A stretch of DNA of 40,386 bases from an uncultured Eubacteriales bacterium (GCA_959029275.1 CAUFVC010000001.1:1-40386); one strand, 5' to 3'; numbered from the stretch's first letter, positions 8,071-17,295 are shown. Numbers and translations: made by a program. Notes: a model not told the origin generated them from the letters alone.

Positions 8071-10117
8071 ATTGGCGGCGCACGCCGCCGTGAAGGACGA
8101 CATGAAGAAGACTGCCGCTGCCCAAAAGATTAAGTGGAACGTCTTTTTTAGACGGGTTGGCGCCGTTATGTTATCTGTCCTGACTCTCGTCTCCATGACT
8201 TCCTGCTTTCTTTTAGGCGCAGATGTCCTAACCCATAGGGATTACATTTTTAGTAACCCCTATTTGGAGAGCCAGAATTTTAAAATTGAACTGAGTAATT
8301 TCCTCTATAACCTAAACTCCAATATTAAGGAGGCCGCGGGCGGCAGCATTGCATTTCGAGACTATATCAGCGCCAACCAGCAGACAGAGCTGCAAGAAAA
8401 GCTCATTGATGCGGACCCCATGGTTAAATATTCTACCTCCTCTTTTTTCTACTATCGCTTGGTCAATGAAAGCGGAACGGTAATCTGGCAAAATCCGGCT
8501 GATTTTTCTACCGGGGGGGATGTGGCGAAGACGCTTGAATACCCCACGCCGCAGAAATCCTCTATTTCTTCTGAATATCCTTCCTCCCAGAGCACAGACA
8601 TCAACACCACGTTGAACGATATGAACTGCCGCTTAACCATTTATGTCGTTCCCAACGGCCGGCTGGCAACAGATCTCAACTATTCTGAGTCCATCCACCA
8701 GCGGATCTTGAAGGAAGTCGCCCTATTTTTTATCCTATTAGTCGTGTCCATCGCCCTATCCTACGCTCTCGTCAAAGCATTTCGGCCCGCTGATTTCCTC
8801 TTTTCCAATTCCACGTCGATTCGAGTTCGCCACCTCTTTTGTAAATTTCCTCCGGATCTCTTTCTGTTGTTCATTTTTCTGCTATATCGGCTCTCCGTTC
8901 AGCATCTGTACTCCATCTTTATCGTCCCCATCACAATGGATCACTTTCTGTATTTCTCGCTGACAATGCTGGCCTTATTCCTCACATGCGCCTATCTATT
9001 CTATGAATACGCGCTGTACCTGAATGCGCTGACAAAAGTACACTGGAAAAATTCGCTGCTCTATCACGCGGGTCATCTGGTATATGATGCACTCTGCGGT
9101 ATAAGCCTGAATAAGCAGCTTACCTTTACGACCTTGATTCTGTTGGCTTTTACCGGTATATGGGGATATCTCTGCATCTCCCTCGTATTAAGCCGCAATT
9201 TTTTGGGCTTCTTCCTGCTGCTCCTCTATATCTGCATTCCACTTCCCATCACCCTGCGCTATATCAGCCAGCTAAATCGCATTATGAAGGATACAGAGGA
9301 GATGGCGTCCGGCAATTTGGACGCGAGCATCTATATTCCAGGTCATGGCGTGCTGTCGAGATTTGCCAATTCCATTAATAACATACGGTCCGGCCTAAAA
9401 ACGTCGGTGGATCAGGCGGTCAAGAGCGAGCGGATGCGGTCGGAGCTTATCACTAACGTCTCCCATGATCTTAAGACCCCCCTGACTTCCATCATCTCCT
9501 ATGTGACCTTGCTTCAACAAGCGGATCTGACGGAGGAAGAGCGGGACAAATACCTGAAGATCATTGACCAGAAGGCGGCAAGACTCAAGATTTTGATCGA
9601 CGACCTTTTTGAAGCCTCCAAGATGTCTTCCGGTGCGGTGGAATTGGATATTTCCAGGGTAAACGTTTCTGACCTACTTCTTCAGGCGCTTGGGGAGTAC
9701 GATGAACGGGTGCAGACCTCCACCCTTGAATTCCGCACCGACATCGAAAGTCCTCATCTCTATGCCTATCTGGACGGCCGAAAAACTTGGCGCGTTTTCT
9801 CTAATTTGATAACCAACGCTCTCAAGTATTCTCTGGACAATACGCGAGTTTACCTGACTTTAAAGGAACAAGGGGACTGGATTTATTTTACAATAAAAAA
9901 TATCTCCGCCTATGAGATGGACTTCTCACCGGACGAGATATTCGAACGCTTCAAGCGCGGCGATAAATCGCGCAATACCGAGGGTTCGGGGCTTGGACTC
10001 GCAATCTCCAAAAGTATCATGGAGCTACAGGGAGGCGACATGCGGATTGAAATTGACGGCGACCTCTTCAAAATTACGGCCATGTTCCCCAAAACAATAA
10101 ACCAACTGAAGGCTTGA
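8048..10117 (+). CDS. Multi-TM sensor histidine kinase (HAMP-HisKA-HATPase)
   Basis: H-box NVSHDLKTPLTS, N-box NLITNALKYS, F-box IFERFKRGD, G2 GSGLGLAI; TTG start overlaps the regulator 3' end. Confidence 0.93.
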   Translation: MATKSSAKLAAHAAVKDDMKKTAAAQKIKWNVFFRRVGAVMLSVLTLVSMTSCFLLGADVLTHRDYIFSNPYLESQNFKIELSNFLYNLNSNIKEAAGGSIAFRDYISANQQTELQEKLIDADPMVKYSTSSFFYYRLVNESGTVIWQNPADFSTGGDVAKTLEYPTPQKSSISSEYPSSQSTDINTTLNDMNCRLTIYVVPNGRLATDLNYSESIHQRILKEVALFFILLVVSIALSYALVKAFRPADFLFSNSTSIRVRHLFCKFPPDLFLLFIFLLYRLSVQHLYSIFIVPITMDHFLYFSLTMLALFLTCAYLFYEYALYLNALTKVHWKNSLLYHAGHLVYDALCGISLNKQLTFTTLILLAFTGIWGYLCISLVLSRNFLGFFLLLLYICIPLPITLRYISQLNRIMKDTEEMASGNLDASIYIPGHGVLSRFANSINNIRSGLKTSVDQAVKSERMRSELITNVSHDLKTPLTSIISYVTLLQQADLTEEERDKYLKIIDQKAARLKILIDDLFEASKMSSGAVELDISRVNVSDLLLQALGEYDERVQTSTLEFRTDIESPHLYAYLDGRKTWRVFSNLITNALKYSLDNTRVYLTLKEQGDWIYFTIKNISAYEMDFSPDEIFERFKRGDKSRNTEGSGLGLAISKSIMELQGGDMRIEIDGDLFKITAMFPKTINQLKA

Positions 10118-10148
10118 CAAAGTTTTCTTGAAATTTTTAATTTTACCC

Positions 10149-10177
10149 TTGCCAAAACCGCTATTTTGTTGTACAAT
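10149..10177 (+). promoter_or_regulatory. sigma-A promoter for tRNA-Arg
   Basis: TTGCCA-17 nt-TACAAT about 25 nt before the tRNA. Confidence 0.7.
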
Positions 10178-10201
10178 AGTTTTTGCTATCAAGGATAGCA
10201 T

Positions 10202-10274
10202 GCACCTGTAGCTCAGTGGATAGAGCGATGGCTTCCGGAGCCATGCGTCGGGGGTTCGAATCCTCTCAGGTGTA
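10202..10274 (+). tRNA. tRNA-Arg(CCG), CCA not encoded
   Basis: Acceptor GCACCTG/CAGGTGT, D-stem GCTC/GAGC, anticodon arm ATGGC-TTCCGGA-GCCAT, T-loop TTCGAAT. Confidence 0.96.
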
Positions 10275-10474
10275 TTTTTTTATTAATTCGATAGCTGGGG
10301 ATATTCTTATCGCTTAAATTATAGGAGAACGCAATCGTCAGAGATGAGGGCGTTTCGTATCACTATATAGAACCATCCAGAGAAGTTGCGTGCAACAAAT
10401 ATGCAATTGACACCATTGAAAAAGTATTTCAAGATGAAAATATTCCGTATATTAAAGCAAAAACATGGACTCCA

Positions 10475-10714
10475 TCACTCTTTATCATCTGCATTGTCCT
10501 GTAGGCCTTCGATAAGCCGTCGAATTTTTTGTTCCCGGAGATCCGATTCTGCTCTCAGATATCGTATTTCAAATACGCTCCCCTCCTGTGTCTCTCCGGG
10601 CAGCATTTCCCTAGGAATGCGATAAAGCTTCCTGGTTGCCGCATTCTGTACCAGTGCATCCTCTTCTACAAATTGATCGACTACATACTTTTTTACAATC
10701 GTATCGGCAAACAT
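10475..10714 (-). CDS. DUF3006-like small protein
   Basis: YVVDQF..ALV...IPREMLP..QEG.V...I..L...L pattern; strong AAGGAGG RBS. Confidence 0.7.
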   Translation of the reverse strand: MFADTIVKKYVVDQFVEEDALVQNAATRKLYRIPREMLPGETQEGSVFEIRYLRAESDLREQKIRRLIEGLQDNADDKE

Positions 10715-10763
10715 AGAATCTCCCTCCTTTTATGTGCGATTTCCCGGTGATGTTGACCCCCAT

Positions 10764-10778
10764 AGTTTTCAGAATATT
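10764..10778. promoter_or_regulatory. CodY-box-like site in the DUF3006 gene leader
   Basis: AGTTTTCAGAATATT, 2 mismatches to AATTTTCWGAAAATT. Confidence 0.45.
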
Positions 10779-10831
10779 TTGTTAATTGTTAGATTCCCTA
10801 ACAGTGGGAGTTCGACCGCCTGCAAGGGTTC

Positions 10832-10861
10832 ATAATAGCACTTCCCCTCTCAACTTGTCAA
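10832..10861 (-). promoter_or_regulatory. sigma-A promoter for the DUF3006 gene
   Basis: TTGACA-18 nt-TATTAT with extended -10 TG. Confidence 0.6.
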
Positions 10862-10943
10862 GGGAAATTATATAACAATAATACGCCTCTTTTTTGTGTA
10901 TATTGCCGCCCTTCCATCCTTAGATTTAGCACTTCCATAGGAT

Positions 10944-11073
10944 AAAAAAGCGCCTGGATTTCGGGGGAGGTGAAATCCAGGCTCATTTGAGGGGGGTATT
11001 AGATGATTGTACCTATAAAACAAAAGCTTGCAGGTATGGCATACCTTTGTTTTATAATGGAGTTCTCAGGTAC
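10944..11073 (-). ncRNA. Candidate ~130-nt small RNA (CsfG-like architecture)
   Basis: 5' stem GTACC..TATAAAACAAAG/CTTTTGTTTTATA-GGTAC; single-stranded ATACCCCCCTC; terminator GCCTGGATTTC-ACCTCCCCC-GAAATCCAGGC + TTTTTT; own sigma-F/G-like promoter; no credible ORF. Confidence 0.65.
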
Positions 11074-11079
11074 ATTACT

Positions 11080-11108
11080 CAGTATTGCCATATCTGTATG
11101 ATTTATAC
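11080..11108 (-). promoter_or_regulatory. sigma-F/sigma-G-type (forespore) promoter
   Basis: GTATA-14 nt-GGCAATACTG (also reads as GTATA-17 nt-AATACTG), ending 7 nt before the predicted sRNA 5' stem. Confidence 0.6.
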
Positions 11109-11125
11109 AATCCCTCTAAAATTTC

Positions 11126-11968
11126 TTATTTCTCTAGTATAAAACGTTTGATCACTTCCGCCACCGCATCCTCGTCGTTGGTTCTTTTCGTGATATAGTC
11201 CGCACTTTCCTTGATAGGGTCCTCCGCATTGGCTACTGCAACTCCAAGGCCTGCCCTCCGGATCATTGGAATATCGTTGTAGCTGTCGCCCATACAAATC
11301 ACATCCTCCATCTCTAAGGACAACCGATTTACTGCTCTCTCCATTGCGATTCCTTTGTCTATGTTGGACGGCACTAATTCATATAGGTACGGAGCCTTTG
11401 TGGAGGAAGATATGAATCCTCTGATCTCTGGGGGAAGCGCAGCGCCTATCTGATTTTGAACCATCCGGAGACCGTCAGGCGATTTGGTTATAAGGACAAG
11501 CTTTAGGAGGCGTTCATCGACTATGGCGTTCAAATCGTCAAGAAGCTTGGCCTTTGTTCCGGTCCTTGCCTCGTAGATATCCGTTGTCTCATCCCTTCGC
11601 TCCACATAGTACTCATCGTCCCGATATAGGTGGAGGTTCATGGCATCCTGGTTCTGTCTGGCGATCTCGATAAAGCCCGCTGCATACTCATGGGGAAAGA
11701 AATTAGCCTCTACCGCCTCATGGGTCGCCGCTTTAAACGTCATACAACCATTCAGCGCGATATAGACGTCCTCTATGTCCCAGGGGCCCAACTCATCGAT
11801 ATATCTCCGCATTGCGGCTGGCGCTCTCCCGGAGCACACGATAATCCGGCAGCCATGTCCCCTGGCCTGTCCGATACAAGTCAGATTGGTTTTCGAGATC
11901 TCCTTCTCCGTGTCCAATAGCGTTTCGTCCAGATCGACGCCAATCGCTTTGTATGCTTTTTCAAACAT
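11126..11968 (-). CDS. Cof-type HAD-IIB hydrolase
   Basis: DLDETLL, CSGR, NG, DKG, GDSYNDIPMI, AVANA. Confidence 0.92.
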   Translation of the reverse strand: MFEKAYKAIGVDLDETLLDTEKEISKTNLTCIGQARGHGCRIIVCSGRAPAAMRRYIDELGPWDIEDVYIALNGCMTFKAATHEAVEANFFPHEYAAGFIEIARQNQDAMNLHLYRDDEYYVERRDETTDIYEARTGTKAKLLDDLNAIVDERLLKLVLITKSPDGLRMVQNQIGAALPPEIRGFISSSTKAPYLYELVPSNIDKGIAMERAVNRLSLEMEDVICMGDSYNDIPMIRRAGLGVAVANAEDPIKESADYITKRTNDEDAVAEVIKRFILEK

Positions 11969-11985
11969 TCGCCTTTATCCTCCCA

Positions 11986-12492
11986 CTATACGCGCTGGGC
12001 CACCACATCCCGCAGGACCTGTTCCTCCTCCGGTGACAACCGCTGTTCGCAGGTTCCCTTCTTCACGATCTTGGCATACATATACCCGCCCTCCCGGTTA
12101 TGTATGTTATTTAAGATGTAGCCATTGTTCTCATCGTCCAACAGAACCCAGACGAAGGATAAATCCCCTCCCATTCCTTCAAATGCATTGTAGCGGAGCA
12201 TCTTGGATTTGTACAGGCTGTTGTTGACTTTACGCTCCACGGTTCCCGCCACGTACCGTTTCAGATTTTGTACTTCCTCTTGGTTCACATTCACCTTTCT
12301 AGCGCAGTCCTGAAGCACATGTTCCAGTTTTTTTCCATCCTGTCCCTGCATAAAAGCTTCATAGCGTCTCCGAAGCTTTTTAAATTTTACAAGATTGACC
12401 AACAATAGAATGCAAAAAAGAATGAGCAGCGCCAAAACCCCTGCCATAAACCAGACAATATTGGTTTCGACGAAACGTAGAATCATCTCCAC
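11986..12492 (-). CDS. DUF4446 family membrane-anchored protein
   Basis: N-terminal TM, coiled segment, RYNAFEGMGGDLSF..LLD.ENNG...REG.Y.YAK...LS.EE; typical position after parB in Clostridia. Confidence 0.85.
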   Translation of the reverse strand: MEMILRFVETNIVWFMAGVLALLILFCILLLVNLVKFKKLRRRYEAFMQGQDGKKLEHVLQDCARKVNVNQEEVQNLKRYVAGTVERKVNNSLYKSKMLRYNAFEGMGGDLSFVWVLLDDENNGYILNNIHNREGGYMYAKIVKKGTCEQRLSPEEEQVLRDVVAQRV

Positions 12493-12514
12493 TTATGTAT
12501 CCTCCCACTTTTGT

Positions 12515-13408
12515 CTAATACTGTTTTATACTGTCGAATAAAGTCAGAAGCCGATCCAGGTCTTCCTCAGAATAGTATTCGATTTCGATCTTTCCCTTTT
12601 TCTTCCCCTGTGTCACGATGACCTTAGTGCCCAGCACCTCCTTCATCCGCTCTTCAACCGAATGGTAAATTGGATTAGCTGGGGTAGGCGGAGCCGCTTG
12701 AGGCTTATTTTTTTTCATCTGTTGCAATATCTTCTCCAGCTGGCGCACGCTCAAATCCTCATCCATCACCCGCAACGCCAGGGTATATTGAAGCTCTCTA
12801 TCCTCAATTCCCAATAAAACTTTGGCATGACCCGCCGACAGAACTCCCTCCATCATCATGCTCTGCACTTGTTCCTGCAAATTAAGATATCGAAGGCAGT
12901 TGGCGATGGCAGACCGGCTTTTTCCAACTCTCTGCGCAATCTCCTCCTGGGTCAATTGGTACTCTTTGAGCAGCCTCTGATAGGCTCGCGCTTCTTCAAT
13001 TGGATTCAGATCCTGCCGTTGAATATTTTCAATAAGGGAAATCTCCAGCGTCTCTTCCTCATTATAGTCTTTTATTATAATCGGAACCTCTTTGACACCT
13101 GCCAGTTTCGCTGCCCGCCACCTTCGCTCACCGGCGATAATTTTGTAATACTCATCCTTCTTCTGTACCAGCAGCGGTTGTAGAACTCCATATTGGCGTA
13201 TTGACTCAGCTAGTTCTTCAAGCTTCTCCTCATCGAAATCTTTCCGCGGCTGTTCCCGGTCGGGTTCCACTTGATAGATGTCAATCATCATAATCGGATT
13301 ATCCGATGCGCCGCCCTCGCTATTCAGCTCACCGGGCTGCTTTTCAATATCCTCAAAGTCTGGACCGATGAGAGCATCCAAACCTTTACCCAAACCTCTT
13401 TTCTTCAT
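12515..13408 (-). CDS. parB: Chromosome partitioning CTPase ParB/Spo0J
   Basis: KRGLGKGLDAL, QPRKDF, IIAGERRWRAA, ENIQRQDLNPIEEA, HTH GKSRSAIAN, GHAK. Confidence 0.96.
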   Translation of the reverse strand: MKKRGLGKGLDALIGPDFEDIEKQPGELNSEGGASDNPIMMIDIYQVEPDREQPRKDFDEEKLEELAESIRQYGVLQPLLVQKKDEYYKIIAGERRWRAAKLAGVKEVPIIIKDYNEEETLEISLIENIQRQDLNPIEEARAYQRLLKEYQLTQEEIAQRVGKSRSAIANCLRYLNLQEQVQSMMMEGVLSAGHAKVLLGIEDRELQYTLALRVMDEDLSVRQLEKILQQMKKNKPQAAPPTPANPIYHSVEERMKEVLGTKVIVTQGKKKGKIEIEYYSEEDLDRLLTLFDSIKQY

Positions 13409-14178
13409 GATAGCCTCCTGTTATGTGTTAAAAATTCTGCCGCCAAATTGCGATAACTTTCGGCTCCCTTGGAGCGATCGTCGTAGTATATAATCGGCTG
13501 GCCATAGCTCGGAGCTTCCCCTAACCTTACATTTCGCGGTATAATCGTCTTATATGTTTTGCTAGGCATGTATCCTCGCACTTCTTCCACAACTTGATTT
13601 GAGAGGTTGGTACGGTTATCGTACATTGTAAATAGGATCCCTTCAATTTCTACTGCGGGATTCAGCCGTTTCTTCACAAGGTTGATTGTATTGATAAGTT
13701 GACTCAGCCCTTCTAATGCATAAAATTCACATTGGATCGGCACTAAAACGGAATCGGCCGCACAAAATGCATTGATTGTCAACATATTCAGCGATGGCGG
13801 GCAGTCAATCAGTATAAAATCATAGTATTCTTTTATTTTCTCCAAATGGTTGGCTAATAAAAACTCGCGGCGGTTAATGCCAATCAATTCAACCTCTGCA
13901 CCAGCTAAATCCATGCTTGCGGGTATAATTTCTAATTTAAATTCAGGCAAATTGATTTTACACTCTGTAAACTCCGCATCACCTAGAAGAAGTTCGTAGC
14001 TCGTTTTCTCCAGTGAATCTTTATCGATGCCAAATCCACTGCTGGCATTCCCCTGTGGATCCATATCCACTACAAGAATAGCATTATCTTTATCCGCTAA
14101 ACATGCGGCTAGATTCACAGTCGTAGTCGTTTTTCCAACTCCACCTTTTTGATTAGCCACGGCAACGATCTTTCCCAC
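13405..14178 (-). CDS. parA: Chromosome partitioning ATPase ParA/Soj
   Basis: Deviant Walker A NQKGGVGKTT, DMDPQGNA, IDCPPSL, QCEFYALEG, IPRNVRLGEAPSYG; GTG start with GGAGG. Confidence 0.96.
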   Translation of the reverse strand: MGKIVAVANQKGGVGKTTTTVNLAACLADKDNAILVVDMDPQGNASSGFGIDKDSLEKTSYELLLGDAEFTECKINLPEFKLEIIPASMDLAGAEVELIGINRREFLLANHLEKIKEYYDFILIDCPPSLNMLTINAFCAADSVLVPIQCEFYALEGLSQLINTINLVKKRLNPAVEIEGILFTMYDNRTNLSNQVVEEVRGYMPSKTYKTIIPRNVRLGEAPSYGQPIIYYDDRSKGAESYRNLAAEFLTHNRRLS

Positions 14179-14294
14179 ACACTCACCTCCCTATTGCTTT
14201 CGTGTTTTATTATATCATATTTTAGAACAGAAACAAATACGTTTTCTTAAAAAGATTATGATATCTTTATATCTACCATATTAAGACACAAAAA

Positions 14295-14310
14295 TGTTCC
14301 ACGTGGAACA
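14295..14310. promoter_or_regulatory. parS site 1
   Basis: Perfect palindrome TGTTCCACGTGGAACA matching TGTTNCACGTGNAACA. Confidence 0.93.
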
Positions 14311-14338
14311 CTGATATCCGTTTTTATTCGGTACCAGT

Positions 14339-14354
14339 TGTTCCACGTGGAACA
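14339..14354. promoter_or_regulatory. parS site 2
   Basis: Identical palindrome TGTTCCACGTGGAACA, 44 bp after site 1. Confidence 0.93.
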
Positions 14355-14399
14355 TTTTATAAATAAACTATTCTGACGACAACTTATCTGTTTCTCAAC

Positions 14400-15314
14400 T
14401 CACTCAGGGATAACTACACTCTGACGATTGACAATCAAACGCAGCGCCTTCTGTTTGACCTCAATTTCCAGCGGCAGCAGCGGGCCGCTCTCACCGTCAA
14501 CATCGGACTCCCGCAAGCCATCCTGTATATTCTCTGATGATATCAAAAAATGGTTCGATTGTAAATGCAATACCGACTTATCCTTCAAATGTTCCCCCTT
14601 AAGCATACGGACAAACAAAAGTGTCATCTCTGGAAGAGAAACCTGGCGAATCCCGACAAAATCATAAAGTCCATCGCTCAGATCCGCATCTGTAGCAAGT
14701 TTAAATCCGCCGGCCGAACCGGAATTTAAAACTAAAAACAGAATAAAGTTATCTTCATACACCTCACCGTTAGCCTCTACACGCAGTTTAAATGGCCGAA
14801 AACTTGGAAGTTGTCCCGCACCCTTCAAATAATACGCCATCTTTCCAATCAAATTCTTCAAATCAGTATTAACGGTCTGTGACACATTGGTAAACAGTCC
14901 TGCCCCGCATACATTGATGAAGTATCGTCCATTGACACATCCCACATCCACATCTTCCATCTGCATATTCGCTAACAAGTTGATGCATTTCTCATATTCT
15001 GAAGGAAAGCCAAGACTCCTGGCAAAGTCATTTGAGGTGCCAGCAGGGATAACGCCTAATGGCACTTTGTGCTTGCAATTCATCAGGCCATTGACAACTT
15101 CGTTGATGGACCCATCTCCTCCTGCGACAAACACAGCCGCCACATTGGAGAGATCAGCGGCCAGCAGATAGGCACCCATGTCACCCTTCGCACGGCTTCT
15201 AAATATCCGTGTATCGTAACCGGCGGCATTAAAAACCGTTATAAATTCATCTAATTCAAATCGAAAATAGGTATCGCCAGCTTTCGGATTATAAAGTAAG
15301 ATCACTTCCTGCAT
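14400..15314 (-). CDS. Diacylglycerol kinase family lipid kinase (YegS/BmrU-like)
   Basis: YNPKAG, AGGDGSINEVVNG, IPAGTSNDFA, YFINV, DVDGE; alternative start at 15326. Confidence 0.92.
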   Translation of the reverse strand: MQEVILLYNPKAGDTYFRFELDEFITVFNAAGYDTRIFRSRAKGDMGAYLLAADLSNVAAVFVAGGDGSINEVVNGLMNCKHKVPLGVIPAGTSNDFARSLGFPSEYEKCINLLANMQMEDVDVGCVNGRYFINVCGAGLFTNVSQTVNTDLKNLIGKMAYYLKGAGQLPSFRPFKLRVEANGEVYEDNFILFLVLNSGSAGGFKLATDADLSDGLYDFVGIRQVSLPEMTLLFVRMLKGEHLKDKSVLHLQSNHFLISSENIQDGLRESDVDGESGPLLPLEIEVKQKALRLIVNRQSVVIPE

Positions 15315-15320
15315 ATATAC

Positions 15321-15397
15321 CTCCATTCCGGAGCGTTAGCGACAGGGGCAACTTCTGCCACGATAGCTATTTGTGACGCTCCGGCACAAATACTGCT
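15321..15397 (-). repeat. Intergenic structured repeat element, copy 2
   Basis: Minus strand TATTTGTG-CCGGAGCGT-CACAAATAGCT...GGCAGAAGTTGCC...AACGCTCCGG-AATGGAG; near-identical ends to copy 1. Confidence 0.8.
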
Positions 15398-15403
15398 CTG
15401 TCC

Positions 15404-17110
15404 TTACATTTTTTCAGGCGCTTTAACCCCAATAAGGTCAAGTCCACTCTGCAAAACATGCGCAACCATAGCTGTTAAACCTAGCCTTGCCACACGCAAC
15501 TCTTCATTCTCTGCACCTAGGATCGAATTTTCATGGTAAAATTTATTAAATGCCGTAGCCACCGCCACCGTATATCGAGTCATAATATACGGCTCAAGCT
15601 TGTCTGCCGCCTCCCGTACCCTCTGGGGAAAGATCTCGATCAATTTCAACAGGTCTTGGGAATATTCATCAATCAGACATGCCGGATTTATCTTGGCAGA
15701 CTCTGTCTTCACCCACTGCGCTTTGCGCAAAATACTCGACGCTCTGGCAAAGGTATATTGAACATAGGGCCCCGTCTCGCCGTCAAAATTCAGAACCTTG
15801 TCCCATGAGAATGTGACATCCTTGATCCGGTTGTTAAACAGGTCATGGAAAACAACAGCGCCCACTCCCACCTGTCTGGCAACGTCCTCTATATTCTCAA
15901 GATCCGGATTTTTTTCACGGATAATATCCCGTGTCTTCTGAATAGCCTCCATCAACAGATCTTCAAGAAAAACAACGTTTCCGCCGCGGGTTGACAGCTT
16001 GCCCGACTCAAGGCTCACGAGCCCATAGGGCACATGGACCAAATCTTTACTCCAGGAATATCCCATCTTCTCAAGAACCTTGAAAACCTGGGCAAAATGC
16101 AATCCCTGATCGAAGGCCGTTACATAAATACATTTATCAAAATCATAGGTTTCTTTTCGATAGATGGCGGCGGCGATATCCCTTGTTGCGTATAGCGTAC
16201 TGCCATCCTTTTTGAGCACGATGCAGGGCGGCATATCGGAATCCGACAGATCGACGATCATCGCCCCTTCGCTCTCCACCAGCAAGCCTTTATCCTTTAA
16301 TTCCTGTATTGGGCGCTCCATCTTGTCATTGTAGAAACTCTCCCCATTGTAGGAGTCAAATTGTACATCCAACAGATCATAGACCCTCGACACCTCTTTT
16401 AGACTTATATCGACAAATTTCCGCCAGAGAGACAAAACGCGCTCATCCCCCTGCTCCATTCTGGCAAAGTACTCTCTGGCCTTATCGTCCAATGAAGGGT
16501 CCTTCTTAGCCTCATCGTGGAACCGAACATATAGGTCTAACAGGCCCCGGATTCCTTTCTGTTCCACAAGCTGAGGATCACCCCACGTCTCATACGCCAC
16601 TGCCATCTTTCCAAACTGAGTGCCCCAATCCCCCAGATGATTAATTCGAACTGTCTGATATCCTAAAAATTGATACAGCTTATGAATTGAATTTCCGATA
16701 ACCGTGGTTCGAAGGTGGCCAATGTGAAAAGGTTTTGCGATATTGATTGACGAATAGTCAAGCACGATCGTCTTCCCCGCTCCCTCATCTGATGCGCCAA
16801 AGCACTCGGCAGCGTTGTACTCCTCTACTATAATGGCAGCCAGTTTCTCCCGCGAAATAAACATGTTGACATAAGGCCCAACGGCCTCCACCTTCTCGAA
16901 AAATTCAAGTGAACCGGCCCTCTGTGCAATCTCCTGTGCAATGACAGCTGGAGCTTTTCGAAATTCTTTTGCCAGGCGAAAACAGGGAAATGCATAATCC
17001 CCCATAGCTTTTTCCTTCGGTGCTTCTATAATCGTGTTTATCTGATCCAGTGAAAGTTCAGGAAGGATCTTTGCAAACTCCGACCCTACATACTCACGAA
17101 TACCCATCAT
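15404..17110 (-). CDS. argS: Arginine--tRNA ligase
   Basis: DYSSINIAKPFHIGHLR (HIGH), NHLGDWGTQFG, YATRDIA, KLSTRGG, FDGETGPYVQY, APEKM end. Confidence 0.96.
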   Translation of the reverse strand: MMGIREYVGSEFAKILPELSLDQINTIIEAPKEKAMGDYAFPCFRLAKEFRKAPAVIAQEIAQRAGSLEFFEKVEAVGPYVNMFISREKLAAIIVEEYNAAECFGASDEGAGKTIVLDYSSINIAKPFHIGHLRTTVIGNSIHKLYQFLGYQTVRINHLGDWGTQFGKMAVAYETWGDPQLVEQKGIRGLLDLYVRFHDEAKKDPSLDDKAREYFARMEQGDERVLSLWRKFVDISLKEVSRVYDLLDVQFDSYNGESFYNDKMERPIQELKDKGLLVESEGAMIVDLSDSDMPPCIVLKKDGSTLYATRDIAAAIYRKETYDFDKCIYVTAFDQGLHFAQVFKVLEKMGYSWSKDLVHVPYGLVSLESGKLSTRGGNVVFLEDLLMEAIQKTRDIIREKNPDLENIEDVARQVGVGAVVFHDLFNNRIKDVTFSWDKVLNFDGETGPYVQYTFARASSILRKAQWVKTESAKINPACLIDEYSQDLLKLIEIFPQRVREAADKLEPYIMTRYTVAVATAFNKFYHENSILGAENEELRVARLGLTAMVAHVLQSGLDLIGVKAPEKM

Positions 17111-17140
17111 TTGTCTCCCTTTCCTATATCGATACCCACT

Positions 17141-17169
17141 ATTATACTAGGTTCCACGTTTTTTGTCCA
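17141..17169 (-). promoter_or_regulatory. sigma-A promoter of argS (short leader)
   Basis: TGGACA-17 nt-TATAAT about 30 nt upstream of the start codon. Confidence 0.7.
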
Positions 17170-17295
17170 GACATTATTGTATCCCTCACCCGGTGAAAAA
17201 AATATAAATATATAATATAAAAATATATTGCAATTTCGCTGAAAGTAGTAGATAATAAGTTATATACTTCTTTGCGGAGCAGAAAGGATGAAACT

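Noticed and set aside
10202..10474. tRNA-Arg as the integration site of an island
   Set aside because: No duplicated tRNA 3' end, integrase or phage genes are visible.
11056..11067. Fluoride riboswitch-like AATGGAGTTCTC on the + strand
   Set aside because: The pairing partner and the downstream GATGAC-type core are missing and there is no + strand gene; it is the reverse of the sRNA bulge.
17111..17170. T-box before argS, and a third parS (GTTCCACGT)
   Set aside because: The leader is about 25 nt, too short for a T-box, and only half of the parS palindrome is present.
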